A stretch of DNA of 64,000 bases from an uncultured Ruminococcus sp. (GTDB taxonomy: Bacteria; Bacillota; Clostridia; Oscillospirales; Ruminococcaceae): positions 3,239 to 67,238 of the forward strand of contig CANOIR010000003.1 in the NCBI GenBank assembly GCA_947566125.1. Reading direction: 5' to 3'. Under the pieces are notes generated by a model. That model saw only the letters and a program-made list of their open reading frames with translations. It was not told where the DNA came from and made no database searches. Shown here in pieces: positions 28,340-37,475 of this stretch; positions within the stretch are counted from its first letter, which is position 1, and the number at the start of each line of letters is the position of its first letter. Made by a program: the position numbers and the translations under genes.

Positions 28340-29065
28340 ATGATAGAATTTTCAACGATTCACTTTGAAGAATTAGATTCAACAAATACAAAATGTATGT
28401 CACTTGCAAGAAATGGTGCAGCACATGGTACAGTTGTAATTGCAGATCACCAAAGTGCCGGAAAGGGCAGACGTGGACGTTATTTCTGCTCGCCAAAGGG
28501 TGCTGGGCTTTATTGCAGTGTTTTAATTCGTGAAGGATTTAACATGGAAAATATAAATCTTATAACACCTTATACCGCTGTTGCTGCTGCCAAAGCTATT
28601 GAAGAATTATCCGGACATGAAGCGAAAATCAAATGGGTAAATGATATTTTCATGGGCGGAAGAAAACTTTGTGGAATTCTTACAGAAGCATCTTTGCCTG
28701 ATTTTGCTGTTATAGGAATAGGCATAAATCTTTTGTATGTAAAAGACGAATTTACAGAAGAATTACATTCCATTGCAACATCTATTGAAGAGCAAACAGG
28801 AAAAATTATAACACCCATAGAAATGGAAAAAGCACTGCTGTTCCACCTTTCAAACGAACTTTCAAAAATCAGCAGCAAAGCATTCTTAAATGAATACAAA
28901 AAACGTTCTTTTGTAATAGGAAAAGAAATCGAGGTTCATTCAGGCAATGAAATTTACAATGCCAAAGCAATCGATATAGATGACAATGCCGGACTTATAT
29001 TAGAATTACCCGATAAAACAAAACGAACACTGATAACCGGTGAAGTGTCTATAAGAATCAAATAA
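28340..29065 (+). CDS. birA: Biotin-protein ligase without N-terminal HTH
   Basis: DSTN, QSAGKGRRGR, IKWVND, KLCGILTE and GIGIN motifs; start at ATG 28340. Confidence 0.93.
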   Translation: MIEFSTIHFEELDSTNTKCMSLARNGAAHGTVVIADHQSAGKGRRGRYFCSPKGAGLYCSVLIREGFNMENINLITPYTAVAAAKAIEELSGHEAKIKWVNDIFMGGRKLCGILTEASLPDFAVIGIGINLLYVKDEFTEELHSIATSIEEQTGKIITPIEMEKALLFHLSNELSKISSKAFLNEYKKRSFVIGKEIEVHSGNEIYNAKAIDIDDNAGLILELPDKTKRTLITGEVSIRIK

Positions 29066-29124
29066 CAAGAAAAAGAGCCACAAAAATTTGTGACTCTTTT
29101 TTATAAAAATTTAAATTACAATTA

Positions 29125-30012
29125 TTATTCCTTAACGCCACCCAGAGCAACGCCGCCAACGATAAACTTAGACAGACAAAGGTAGATGACAACAATCGGA
29201 ATTACAGACAGAGCAACAGCTGCATACTGTGCACCTACGTCAGGATGCTTATCCTGACCAAGTACGTTCTGAATCATGATAGGCATTGTGTAACGCTTTG
29301 TGTTACTCAAAATAATCATGTTCTGTGTGTAGTAGTTGTTCCAGTTCTGAACGAATGCAAATATAGCCTGTACTGCAATAGCAGGTTTACACATAGGAAT
29401 TGCAATAGAAACAAATGTACGGAACTCTCCGCAGCCGTCAATTCTTGCTGCTTCTACTATATCCAGCGGGAATGAAGACTTCATATACTGACGCATATAG
29501 AATACAACAGCAGGAGCTGCAATAGCTGGAAGAATAAGTGGAATATAAGAGTTTGCAAGACCCAGAGTACCAACCATAAACTGTACAAAACCTGTAGATG
29601 TTACCTGAACAGGAATCATCATTACAGCCAGAATGATTGTATAAGCTGTGTCACGAATCTTGAAGTTGTAAACAGTTAAACCGTATGAAGTCAGTGCAGA
29701 GAAGAATACAGTAAGAACTGTAGAGCAGCCTGCAATGATCAAGCTGTTTAAATAACCTGTCCAAACATTGAAGTCTGGGAACTGAGCCATTTCGCCCTGG
29801 GAAATATTATAATAGTTTGTAGCAAAATCGCCGCCAGGAATGAAGTTAATAGGATTGGTACTCAAGAAAAATCTGTCATGTGTAGCATTACATACCATTA
29901 TCCACAGAGGAACGATACATACTGCTGCAAGCAAAAGACAAATAATGAAACAGCCTGCTGACTTAATTTTTTGAATCAACATATAATTCTTAGATACGCC
30001 AACATTTTCCAT
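29125..30012 (-). CDS. Carbohydrate ABC transporter permease
   Basis: EAARIDGCGEFRTF EAA loop, FVQNWNNY, GGVALGGVKE. Confidence 0.93.
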   Translation of the reverse strand: MENVGVSKNYMLIQKIKSAGCFIICLLLAAVCIVPLWIMVCNATHDRFFLSTNPINFIPGGDFATNYYNISQGEMAQFPDFNVWTGYLNSLIIAGCSTVLTVFFSALTSYGLTVYNFKIRDTAYTIILAVMMIPVQVTSTGFVQFMVGTLGLANSYIPLILPAIAAPAVVFYMRQYMKSSFPLDIVEAARIDGCGEFRTFVSIAIPMCKPAIAVQAIFAFVQNWNNYYTQNMIILSNTKRYTMPIMIQNVLGQDKHPDVGAQYAAVALSVIPIVVIYLCLSKFIVGGVALGGVKE

Positions 30013-31043
30013 TATTCAATACCTCCCATCTTTGCAAGCTTCTGTTCTTTTTTGTAAGCCTTAATCATTTCCTTACGCTCTTTCTTTTTACGAACTTCAT
30101 CAGCGTCACGATTTGCACGGAATACAAAAATACCCAGAATAGCTGTTACAATAAACAGCATGATGGAAGCTGCACCAGCAATACCATACTGCGGGCTATG
30201 TACATTGTTACCAACACGGAACTGTTCGTAAATAAATACAGCAACAGTACGCAGATGATCCTTGATGTCACCCTGTGCTGTGTGATACAGGAAAGGAATA
30301 TCAAACATCTGGAGACCACCGATCATAGAAGTGATCAGTGTATAAACAACCATTGGTCTGAGCAAAGGAAGAGTGATCTTTCTCAAAACCTGACCACTGG
30401 ATGCACCGTCAATATTAGCTGCTTCAAACAGTGATGGATTGATACCAAGAATGCCAGACATCATCATGATCATAGTATTACCAAACCACAACCATGTTTG
30501 AATAAACATTACAATGCCACGGCTCCATGCTGCACTGTTCTCAAACTTGATAGCGGTTTTACCCATGTTGTGCAGAACAACATTCATTGCACTTGTTTCA
30601 CTGTTAGAAATGAAACGCATGAAGAGAGCTGCTACAGATACAGCAGTGATAATATTAGGCAAATACATAATTACCTTAAATGCACCCTTGCCAGGAATAT
30701 GCAGCTTGGAATCTGTAAACCATACAGCAAGCAACAGGGAAAGGAAGATCTGAGGAATAAAGTTACCTACCCAAAGAATAATAGTGTTAATAAAAGACTG
30801 AGTAAATGTATTGTGCAGTGAAGCTGCTCTACGATCACCGGTACCAAAAAGCAGTGTCTGATAGTTCTCCAATGCTACAAAATCACTTGCAGCATTACCA
30901 TTGCCTTTAAAACTCAAAATAAAAGTATTGATCAATGGCCAAATCTGAAAGAACAGATAGACAATGAAAAATGGTGCGATGAACATATAGCCGTACTTGG
31001 CATAGCTAATAGACTTAATACGACTTTGTGCTGTCGATGCCAT
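30012..31043 (-). CDS. Carbohydrate ABC transporter permease
   Basis: FEAANIDGAS, ITLPLLRP and IGGLQMFDIP motifs. Confidence 0.93.
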   Translation of the reverse strand: MASTAQSRIKSISYAKYGYMFIAPFFIVYLFFQIWPLINTFILSFKGNGNAASDFVALENYQTLLFGTGDRRAASLHNTFTQSFINTIILWVGNFIPQIFLSLLLAVWFTDSKLHIPGKGAFKVIMYLPNIITAVSVAALFMRFISNSETSAMNVVLHNMGKTAIKFENSAAWSRGIVMFIQTWLWFGNTMIMMMSGILGINPSLFEAANIDGASSGQVLRKITLPLLRPMVVYTLITSMIGGLQMFDIPFLYHTAQGDIKDHLRTVAVFIYEQFRVGNNVHSPQYGIAGAASIMLFIVTAILGIFVFRANRDADEVRKKKERKEMIKAYKKEQKLAKMGGIE

Positions 31044-31179
31044 TTTTAAACACGCCCTTTCAAAAATTTAGTAAAATAGTAGTAGAAAAATAGAAATAAA
31101 AATAAATATACACCTGCACAGCAGAATTTCGCCGTGCAGGTTGTACATTATTAAGTTAAGTTTAAATAATTATTTTAAA

Positions 31180-32703
31180 TTATTCAACTGTGATATCTGT
31201 AAGAGCTTCAGAAACCTTGTTCAGGAACTCATCAACGCAAGCATCCTCAGAATCGATTGTGCCTTCGCAATAAGCCTTTACAGCATTCTGGAGTTCAGTG
31301 TTGATAGTAGCATCATACTGAGTAGCAATGCTCATATCGATATTTGCAGCAGAGTCAGCCAGAACAGCGAGCTGATCCTGACCACCGAGCAGTGCGTTGC
31401 TGTTTGTGCCAGCAGCAATTGTGTTAGCCATAACAACCTTGTTGTTTACGAAGTCGCCCTTAGCGTCAACGTACTTCTGCATAGAAGTTGTATCAACTGT
31501 CATGTAATACAGGAACTGACCAGCTTCTGTAGCATTATCACACTTAGGAGATACGCAGATCCATGTGCCGCCCCAGAACCAGCTTGTAGGACCAGCAACG
31601 ATGTTGAACAGACCATATGTAGAACCTTCTGCACCCTCTTCGCCTTCAGCCTGAGACAGCTGTGAGCCAGCACCCAGTGACCATGTTGGGAAGAAGAAAC
31701 CGAATGTCTTGTTAGCCTGTGTACCAGCACTCATACCCTGTGGAAGCCAGTCATCTGTCCACTGAGAAGCTGTGCTGATGTAACCAGCGTCATAGTTTGT
31801 CTTTGCCATAGAGATGAAGTCACCGAGGCAAGCCTTTGCGTTGTCAGCTGTGATTGTGCCGTCCTGAACCCAAGCAGATGTTCTGTTACCGTTAGAGTAT
31901 GCTCTCCAAACGCCGTCAACAGAGTCAGCCATAGCTGTTGCGCCTTCAGACTTTTCAGATACTGTAGCAGCTGTTGCCCAGAATGCATCCCAGTCAGAAA
32001 TAGCAGCCTGCATATCTTCAGGAGTTGTAATGCCGAGGTATTCTTCAGCGAGGTCAGTTCTATAAGCATAACCACCAGCAGCAACCTGCCATGTAGCACC
32101 CTTAAGAACGCCGTTGTTATCCTTACCCATTGCTACTGTGTAGTCATATGCATTTGCATACATATCTTCAGTGATACCTACAGCAGACAGAGGAGCAGAA
32201 TACTCATCGTTATTCTGGTAAGCCTTATTCCAGTCAGCATCGCAGAAGTACAGGTCAACGTCATCATCAGAAGCGAATACCTGTGCATACTTCTCGTTAG
32301 CTTCGCCGCCAGCTGAACCTACGTTCTTGTATACCATCTTAGACTTGTCCATGCCAGATGCTTCAGCAACTACATCGTACATATAAGAAAGGTCGTCTTC
32401 TGTCCAGCAGAGAATTGTCAGAGCGTCGCCGCCCTCACTCAGTGTGCCATCAGGTGCACCGAGAGCTGGTACTTCAGCTTCAGAAACGGACTCAGACTCA
32501 GACTCAGATTCGGATTCAGATTCGGACTCAGATTCAGCCTCAGACTCGGATTCAGATTCGGACTCAGACTCTGCTTCAGTTGCAGCCTCAGTAGCGGATT
32601 CAGATGTAGATGATGATGTGTTATCATCGCCACATCCAACAAATGCTGTAGCAGTCATAGCAAGAGCTGCTACGAGTGCCAATGTCTTCTTCAGATTGTT
32701 CAT
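31180..32703 (-). CDS. Sugar ABC transporter solute-binding lipoprotein with Ser/Glu linker
   Basis: Lipobox FVGC, (SE)n linker, family-1 SBP-like body (YAYRTDLA, WGGTW). Start at ATG 32703 after AGGAGG. Confidence 0.9.
   Translation of the reverse strand: MNNLKKTLALVAALAMTATAFVGCGDDNTSSSTSESATEAATEAESESESESESEAESESESESESESESESVSEAEVPALGAPDGTLSEGGDALTILCWTEDDLSYMYDVVAEASGMDKSKMVYKNVGSAGGEANEKYAQVFASDDDVDLYFCDADWNKAYQNNDEYSAPLSAVGITEDMYANAYDYTVAMGKDNNGVLKGATWQVAAGGYAYRTDLAEEYLGITTPEDMQAAISDWDAFWATAATVSEKSEGATAMADSVDGVWRAYSNGNRTSAWVQDGTITADNAKACLGDFISMAKTNYDAGYISTASQWTDDWLPQGMSAGTQANKTFGFFFPTWSLGAGSQLSQAEGEEGAEGSTYGLFNIVAGPTSWFWGGTWICVSPKCDNATEAGQFLYYMTVDTTSMQKYVDAKGDFVNNKVVMANTIAAGTNSNALLGGQDQLAVLADSAANIDMSIATQYDATINTELQNAVKAYCEGTIDSEDACVDEFLNKVSEALTDITVE
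32480..32600 (-). repeat. Degenerate 6-bp tandem repeat encoding an ES dipeptide linker
   Basis: gactca/gattcg/gattca units encoding ESESESESESEAESESES... Confidence 0.85.
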
Positions 32704-32821
32704 TGGAAATTTCCTCCTTAAATTATATATTATATTATCTTTATAAATAATATAATTTGCTTTTTTTGCTTGCAAAGCGTGAGAATTTCCCACTACTCAG
32801 CAGCAATCCTTTGATAAGTTT

Positions 32822-32850
32822 AATATACACTAATTCTTAAACAAAGTCAA
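32822..32850 (-). promoter_or_regulatory. Promoter of the sugar ABC operon
   Basis: Minus strand TTGACT, 17 bp spacer, TATATT. Confidence 0.55.
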
Positions 32851-33006
32851 GTAATATTCCATTCATTCATTTTTTTCAGCAAATAGCACATGTTTCAATA
32901 GTTTAATTTGTACTATTTGTACAACATACAGACAGATTCACTTGCAAAAGTTACAAAACGGTTAAATAATAATTGATCATTTTGCCGATTAAAATGGTTA
33001 TAAAAC

Positions 33007-33777
33007 CTAGCAAACAAGATACTCATCTATAGATCTATATAATTCTACAGTCATTCCTTCGACATAAAGTAGTTCAAGAATGTTCTTATAACCACCTATT
33101 TCATCACGCAAAGCAATGATTTTACTTGCAAGTTCCATATCTACACCCGGTAAATATGCAAATTCTTCCGCTGACGCTGTATTAACATTAACTATAACAG
33201 GTATCCAATCTGTTTTCTGAGTGTTTTCATAATCAGTTTCCGGCGGATTTGTTTCCTCAGTAGAGTCATAATATTCCACATCAAGATAAACAAGGTCATA
33301 TATTTGCTGGTAACGTATTTTTCCAATACCGTTTACTTCCAAAAGCTCTTCCCTGTTTCTAAATCCACCATTTGCTTCTCTGTAAGCAATTATATTTTCA
33401 GCTGTGATCTCGCCTATTCCTGGAAGCTGGATCAGTTCCTCAAATGAAGCTGCGTTTAAATTAAGCGGAAATTCAACATATTCATTTCCAAATTCCATTT
33501 CATCTTCGTATTCAAAATACTCAAACAAAGATGTTGTAGTTTCTGTTTCAGCTTTTATTTCTGTCTTTTCAAAATTCTCTTCCGTCTGCACTGCCGATTC
33601 ATTATATGATACAGTTGCTTCCTTGATAAAATCTCCTGTAGTTCCAAAACAAACCACCGCCTGAATATTTTTATTCGTCAGCTCTTGTTCATCATCATCA
33701 AGAATCATATAAATACTTATTGCAGTAAAGACAATCATAATCAGAATTGCTGCAAATGTCTTGATCTCATTCATCAA
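33007..33777 (-). CDS. ComEA-like membrane-anchored protein with two helix-hairpin-helix regions
   Basis: N-terminal TM; LNLNAASFEELIQLPGIG...NGIG; VNVNTASAEEFAYLPGV. Confidence 0.88.
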   Translation of the reverse strand: MMNEIKTFAAILIMIVFTAISIYMILDDDEQELTNKNIQAVVCFGTTGDFIKEATVSYNESAVQTEENFEKTEIKAETETTTSLFEYFEYEDEMEFGNEYVEFPLNLNAASFEELIQLPGIGEITAENIIAYREANGGFRNREELLEVNGIGKIRYQQIYDLVYLDVEYYDSTEETNPPETDYENTQKTDWIPVIVNVNTASAEEFAYLPGVDMELASKIIALRDEIGGYKNILELLYVEGMTVELYRSIDEYLVC

Positions 33778-33888
33778 GTAATGTCACACTTAAATGTCAA
33801 TATCCAAATTTGTCGATGCAAAAATTATAAAATAATGCAGCGATCAACCCATGCTTAACCGCTGCATATATTTTTTAATCAATTATAA

Positions 33889-34848
33889 TTATTCAGCATC
33901 ACTCTGCATTGCGTCAATTACATCACGCAAAGCCTTTGTGCTCTTCTGAAGAGCTGCTAAATCAGCATCGTTAAGAGGAGGTGTGATCTCACGCTCTACA
34001 CCTGCTGCACCAACTACACATGGAAGGCTGAGGCAAACGTCCTTAACGCCTTCATAACGACTGCCGTCCTGATATGTAGATACTGTAAGAGCTGTCTTTG
34101 TATCACGAAGTACAGCTTCTGCAATCATATTTACAGAAAGTGCAATTGCATAATATGTTGCACCCTTGCACTTGATAACTTCAGCACCGGCTTCCTTTAC
34201 TTCCTGAACGATTTCGTTCTTGTCACCAAGATCCTTTACAGAATTGCAGTAATCTTCAAAAGGCATACCGCAAACAGATGCCAGACTCCACGGTACCATT
34301 GAGGAATCACCATGTTCACCGAAAACATAAGCGTGTACATTCTTAGAACTTACATTAGCATGGTCTGCAAGACAAGCTCTAAGACGTGAGGAATCAAGAA
34401 CTGTACCAGAACCCATAACCTGTGATGGCTTCAAACCAGAAACCTTGAGTGCTTCATATGTAAGAACGTCAACAGGATTGCTTACAATAATATAGCAGGC
34501 ATTTGGAGCGTACTTTGTGATTTCAGGCATTACAGATGCTATGATCTTAGCATTTGTCTTGCAAAGATCCAGTCTGCTCTGACCTGGCTTTCTTGCTATA
34601 CCTACAGTTACGATTACCAAATCTGAATTTACCGCATCAGAATAGTCACCGTCTCTTACATCACAGCCAGGATAGAAAGAATTACCCTGCATAATATCCA
34701 TTGCTTCGCCCTTAGCCTTAGGCTTGTTAATATCTACAAGCACCATTTCAGAGCAAAGGCCTTTTATTGCCATAGCAAATGCAATAGATGCACCAACATT
34801 GCCGGCACCTAAAATAGTTACCTTTTTACCTTTTTTTATTTCGTTCAT
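33889..34848 (-). CDS. ldh: L-lactate dehydrogenase
   Basis: GAGNVG, RKPGQSRLDL, SNPVDVLTY, SGTVLDSSR and GEHGDS motifs. Confidence 0.93.
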   Translation of the reverse strand: MNEIKKGKKVTILGAGNVGASIAFAMAIKGLCSEMVLVDINKPKAKGEAMDIMQGNSFYPGCDVRDGDYSDAVNSDLVIVTVGIARKPGQSRLDLCKTNAKIIASVMPEITKYAPNACYIIVSNPVDVLTYEALKVSGLKPSQVMGSGTVLDSSRLRACLADHANVSSKNVHAYVFGEHGDSSMVPWSLASVCGMPFEDYCNSVKDLGDKNEIVQEVKEAGAEVIKCKGATYYAIALSVNMIAEAVLRDTKTALTVSTYQDGSRYEGVKDVCLSLPCVVGAAGVEREITPPLNDADLAALQKSTKALRDVIDAMQSDAE

Positions 34849-35419
34849 TTTTTTATTTTCCTCCTAACATCTTTGTATGATCAATATAATCATTTATAAA
34901 ATTACCTTTATAATAATTACCTTTTTTCGCCCATGTCAATTAAGTTTACAACTAAATTTTCGACACAATGCATTGTATTTATTATACCATACCATTCTTT
35001 ACTTTGCAAGAGTGTTTAATGTCACTCAAATTTTTTTGTTAATTTGCAACATATTACCACAAGGAAAATAGCTGTTTTATACAAACATTTTATACAAATA
35101 AATTTCCAAGCCGATTTTGACTTTTTAATAAAGCTATTCTTTTCTCACTTTAATATCACATTTTCATTTATAGCCTGAGTTATTTAATATGTTTTGCATA
35201 TTATAAGCCACAGTTTTAAAGATATATTTGTTGTGAATTGCTAAAGTTTTGGAAAAATTATGTGAAATGGGTTCACTTTGGAAAATAAGTGTGATATAAT
35301 ATATATTACGCAAATTACAAAACAATTACAAAAGGTTTCAAATCAGTAATGACATAAAAGAAAAAAACATAAAAACAAGAAAGCACTTTAATTTATTAAG
35401 TGAAAGGAACTTAAGTATA

Positions 35420-37324
35420 ATGAAATCAAAAAAAAGCAAAATCATTTCAATTGTCACTGCTGCTGCGGTGCTTTTGACATCGGGGATAATTTTAAGCAAA
35501 ACAACTACAAAAGCAAGTGCAAGTGACGCTGTACTGCTTCAATACGACTCACAATGGGGAAGCTATCCTTATGGTGATGGTACTATCAGCGACAGCGGCT
35601 GCGGTGAATTTGCAATTATAAACGCTGTAAAATATCTTACAGGAAACACTATGGACATTTATACTGTAGCTGACTGGGCAAGTGCAAATGAATACATATG
35701 GGGTGTAGGTTCAAGTTTTAGCATCGCTCCTGATGCAGCTGCAAAATTCGGCGGTGAATATGGATTTCAGCTTGATTTGCACTATGGATTCAAAGGATAT
35801 GTAGGAAGCTCTTATCCTGATTCCGAAGAAACATTTGATGCAGCGTGGGATGTGATTGTGTCAAAGCTCTCACAGGGTGAAGTTGCTGTAGGTTTGGTCG
35901 ACAATCACTTTATAGCATTGGTAGATTATGACAGCAGTACTGACAGTGTACTTGTTTATGATCCCGGTGCTGGTTCTAAACGTCAGACAACATCCGCCGG
36001 CAACTGGAAAACTCATGACGAACTTAATTACTGGTCTAGTGCCGGAACACAATATTTAAAGCTTAGGGCATATCTTACATTCTATTTTGCAACGGGAAGT
36101 TCCGGTTCATCTGGAGCAGAAACACAAACAACACCAGCATTCAGCGGTTCTGCCGATGCGGCTGGAACATATACTGTAAATACAGGTGGCGGTGAACTTA
36201 ACCTACGTGCTTATCCTAACGCATCATCTGCTGTATTAAACTCTATTCCAAATGGTGCTGATGTGGAAGTAATAGAATCTGATGGAAATTGGGCAAGCGT
36301 TACTTATAATGGTCTTAACGGATATTGCAGCGTACAATATCTTGAACGCAAACTTGAAACCACAAATTCTTCCGAAAGCTCAGAAATAACAACTACTAAA
36401 ACTACAGAAGAAACAATATCGACAACAACAGAAACTACCTCAGCACTTTCTGAAGAAAATGCTGGAGAATATATCGTATCAGCAGATGGTTCATACCTCA
36501 ATATGCGTGAAGGAATGGGTACTGAATTTGACATTGTAGTGCAAATTCCTGATGAAACAAAAGTAACTGTAACAGCTGCAAATGATGAATGGGCTGCTGT
36601 AACATGGGATGGCAATACAGGTTACTGCTCATACATATATCTTAAGAATGCAGAAAACAGCACTACTGATACATCTGAATATGTAGATGGAACATCTTAT
36701 TCAGAAACAGAAACCGAAACTGTATCAATCGAAACAGACAGCTCAAATAAAGATTCGATTAAATCTGATGAAAATAATGATATACAAAATATATATTCAA
36801 ATATAGACTCTATAGCAGATGAATCAGAAGAAACTTCAGAATCTTCTAATTCTAATGATGCCGGTGCTTATCGTGTAAAAACAGACGGACTACTCTTAAA
36901 TCTCCGTGCCGAATGTGATATGAACGCAGAAATCTTGGAAAAGATCCCTGACAACAGTGAAGTATTTGTAATAAATGCCGGAGATGAATGGTGCAATGTT
37001 TCATGGAAAGACACTGTCGGCTATTGCAGAACAGAATACCTGGAAAAGGTTATAATCGCTGCTGATCAAAGTGTTGATGATATTGAGAATATAGACCCTG
37101 CTTACAGAACATTATACGGTGATTCCGACAATGACGGTGAAGTTAAGATGTCTGATGTAATACTGCTTCACAAGGCACTTACAGGAGCTATTTCTCTAAA
37201 CAAAACAGCTGCTGCAAATTCAGACTGCTACACTGATGGAAAACTTGATATAGTAGATGTAACAGTCATCATTCAGCATCTTATAAGAAATTGTGATATG
37301 CCGATAAATCCGGCTGAATTTTAA
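35420..37324 (+). CDS. Secreted C39-like cysteine peptidase + 3x SH3b + dockerin
   Basis: Signal peptide; QYDSQW..SGCG, NHFI and VYDPG; three LNLR/LNMR SH3b repeats; C-terminal YGDSDNDGEV...DCYTDGKLDIVD dockerin. Confidence 0.82.
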   Translation: MKSKKSKIISIVTAAAVLLTSGIILSKTTTKASASDAVLLQYDSQWGSYPYGDGTISDSGCGEFAIINAVKYLTGNTMDIYTVADWASANEYIWGVGSSFSIAPDAAAKFGGEYGFQLDLHYGFKGYVGSSYPDSEETFDAAWDVIVSKLSQGEVAVGLVDNHFIALVDYDSSTDSVLVYDPGAGSKRQTTSAGNWKTHDELNYWSSAGTQYLKLRAYLTFYFATGSSGSSGAETQTTPAFSGSADAAGTYTVNTGGGELNLRAYPNASSAVLNSIPNGADVEVIESDGNWASVTYNGLNGYCSVQYLERKLETTNSSESSEITTTKTTEETISTTTETTSALSEENAGEYIVSADGSYLNMREGMGTEFDIVVQIPDETKVTVTAANDEWAAVTWDGNTGYCSYIYLKNAENSTTDTSEYVDGTSYSETETETVSIETDSSNKDSIKSDENNDIQNIYSNIDSIADESEETSESSNSNDAGAYRVKTDGLLLNLRAECDMNAEILEKIPDNSEVFVINAGDEWCNVSWKDTVGYCRTEYLEKVIIAADQSVDDIENIDPAYRTLYGDSDNDGEVKMSDVILLHKALTGAISLNKTAAANSDCYTDGKLDIVDVTVIIQHLIRNCDMPINPAEF

Positions 37325-37456
37325 AACGAGCTGTCGGTGAGGGGTTTCACCCTTCCGTCACGGCTAATGCTGTACCACCTGCCCTTTCAGGGATGGTATT
37401 TATAATAAAAACAACAAAAAGGCTGTTGCAACTCAAACTTCTGCAACAGCCTTTTT
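37325..37456. repeat. Intergenic palindromic element related to 8534-8732
   Basis: Starts AACGAGCTGTCG right after the stop codon. Ends GGCTGTTGCA-actcaaacttc-TGCAACAGCC, 29/31 identical to 8695-8725. Confidence 0.72.
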
Positions 37457-37475
37457 AATTACATTTACAATTATC

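Noticed and set aside
32480-32600. Short tandem repeats as a possible CRISPR array or contingency locus
   Set aside because: Degenerate in-frame 6-mers encoding an ES linker, with no spacers, no cas genes and no frameshift potential
35030-35280. Rex- or CRP-like sites upstream of ldh (TTGTTAATTTGCAACAT; ATGTGAAATGGGTTCACTT)
   Set aside because: Half-site spacing does not fit TTGTGAA-N4-TTCACAA or TGTGA-N6-TCACA, and such matches are expected by chance in AT-rich DNA
34849-35419. 570-bp AT-rich intergenic region as a hidden gene or ncRNA
   Set aside because: No RBS-led ORF or stable GC-rich stem found by eye; consistent with divergent promoters
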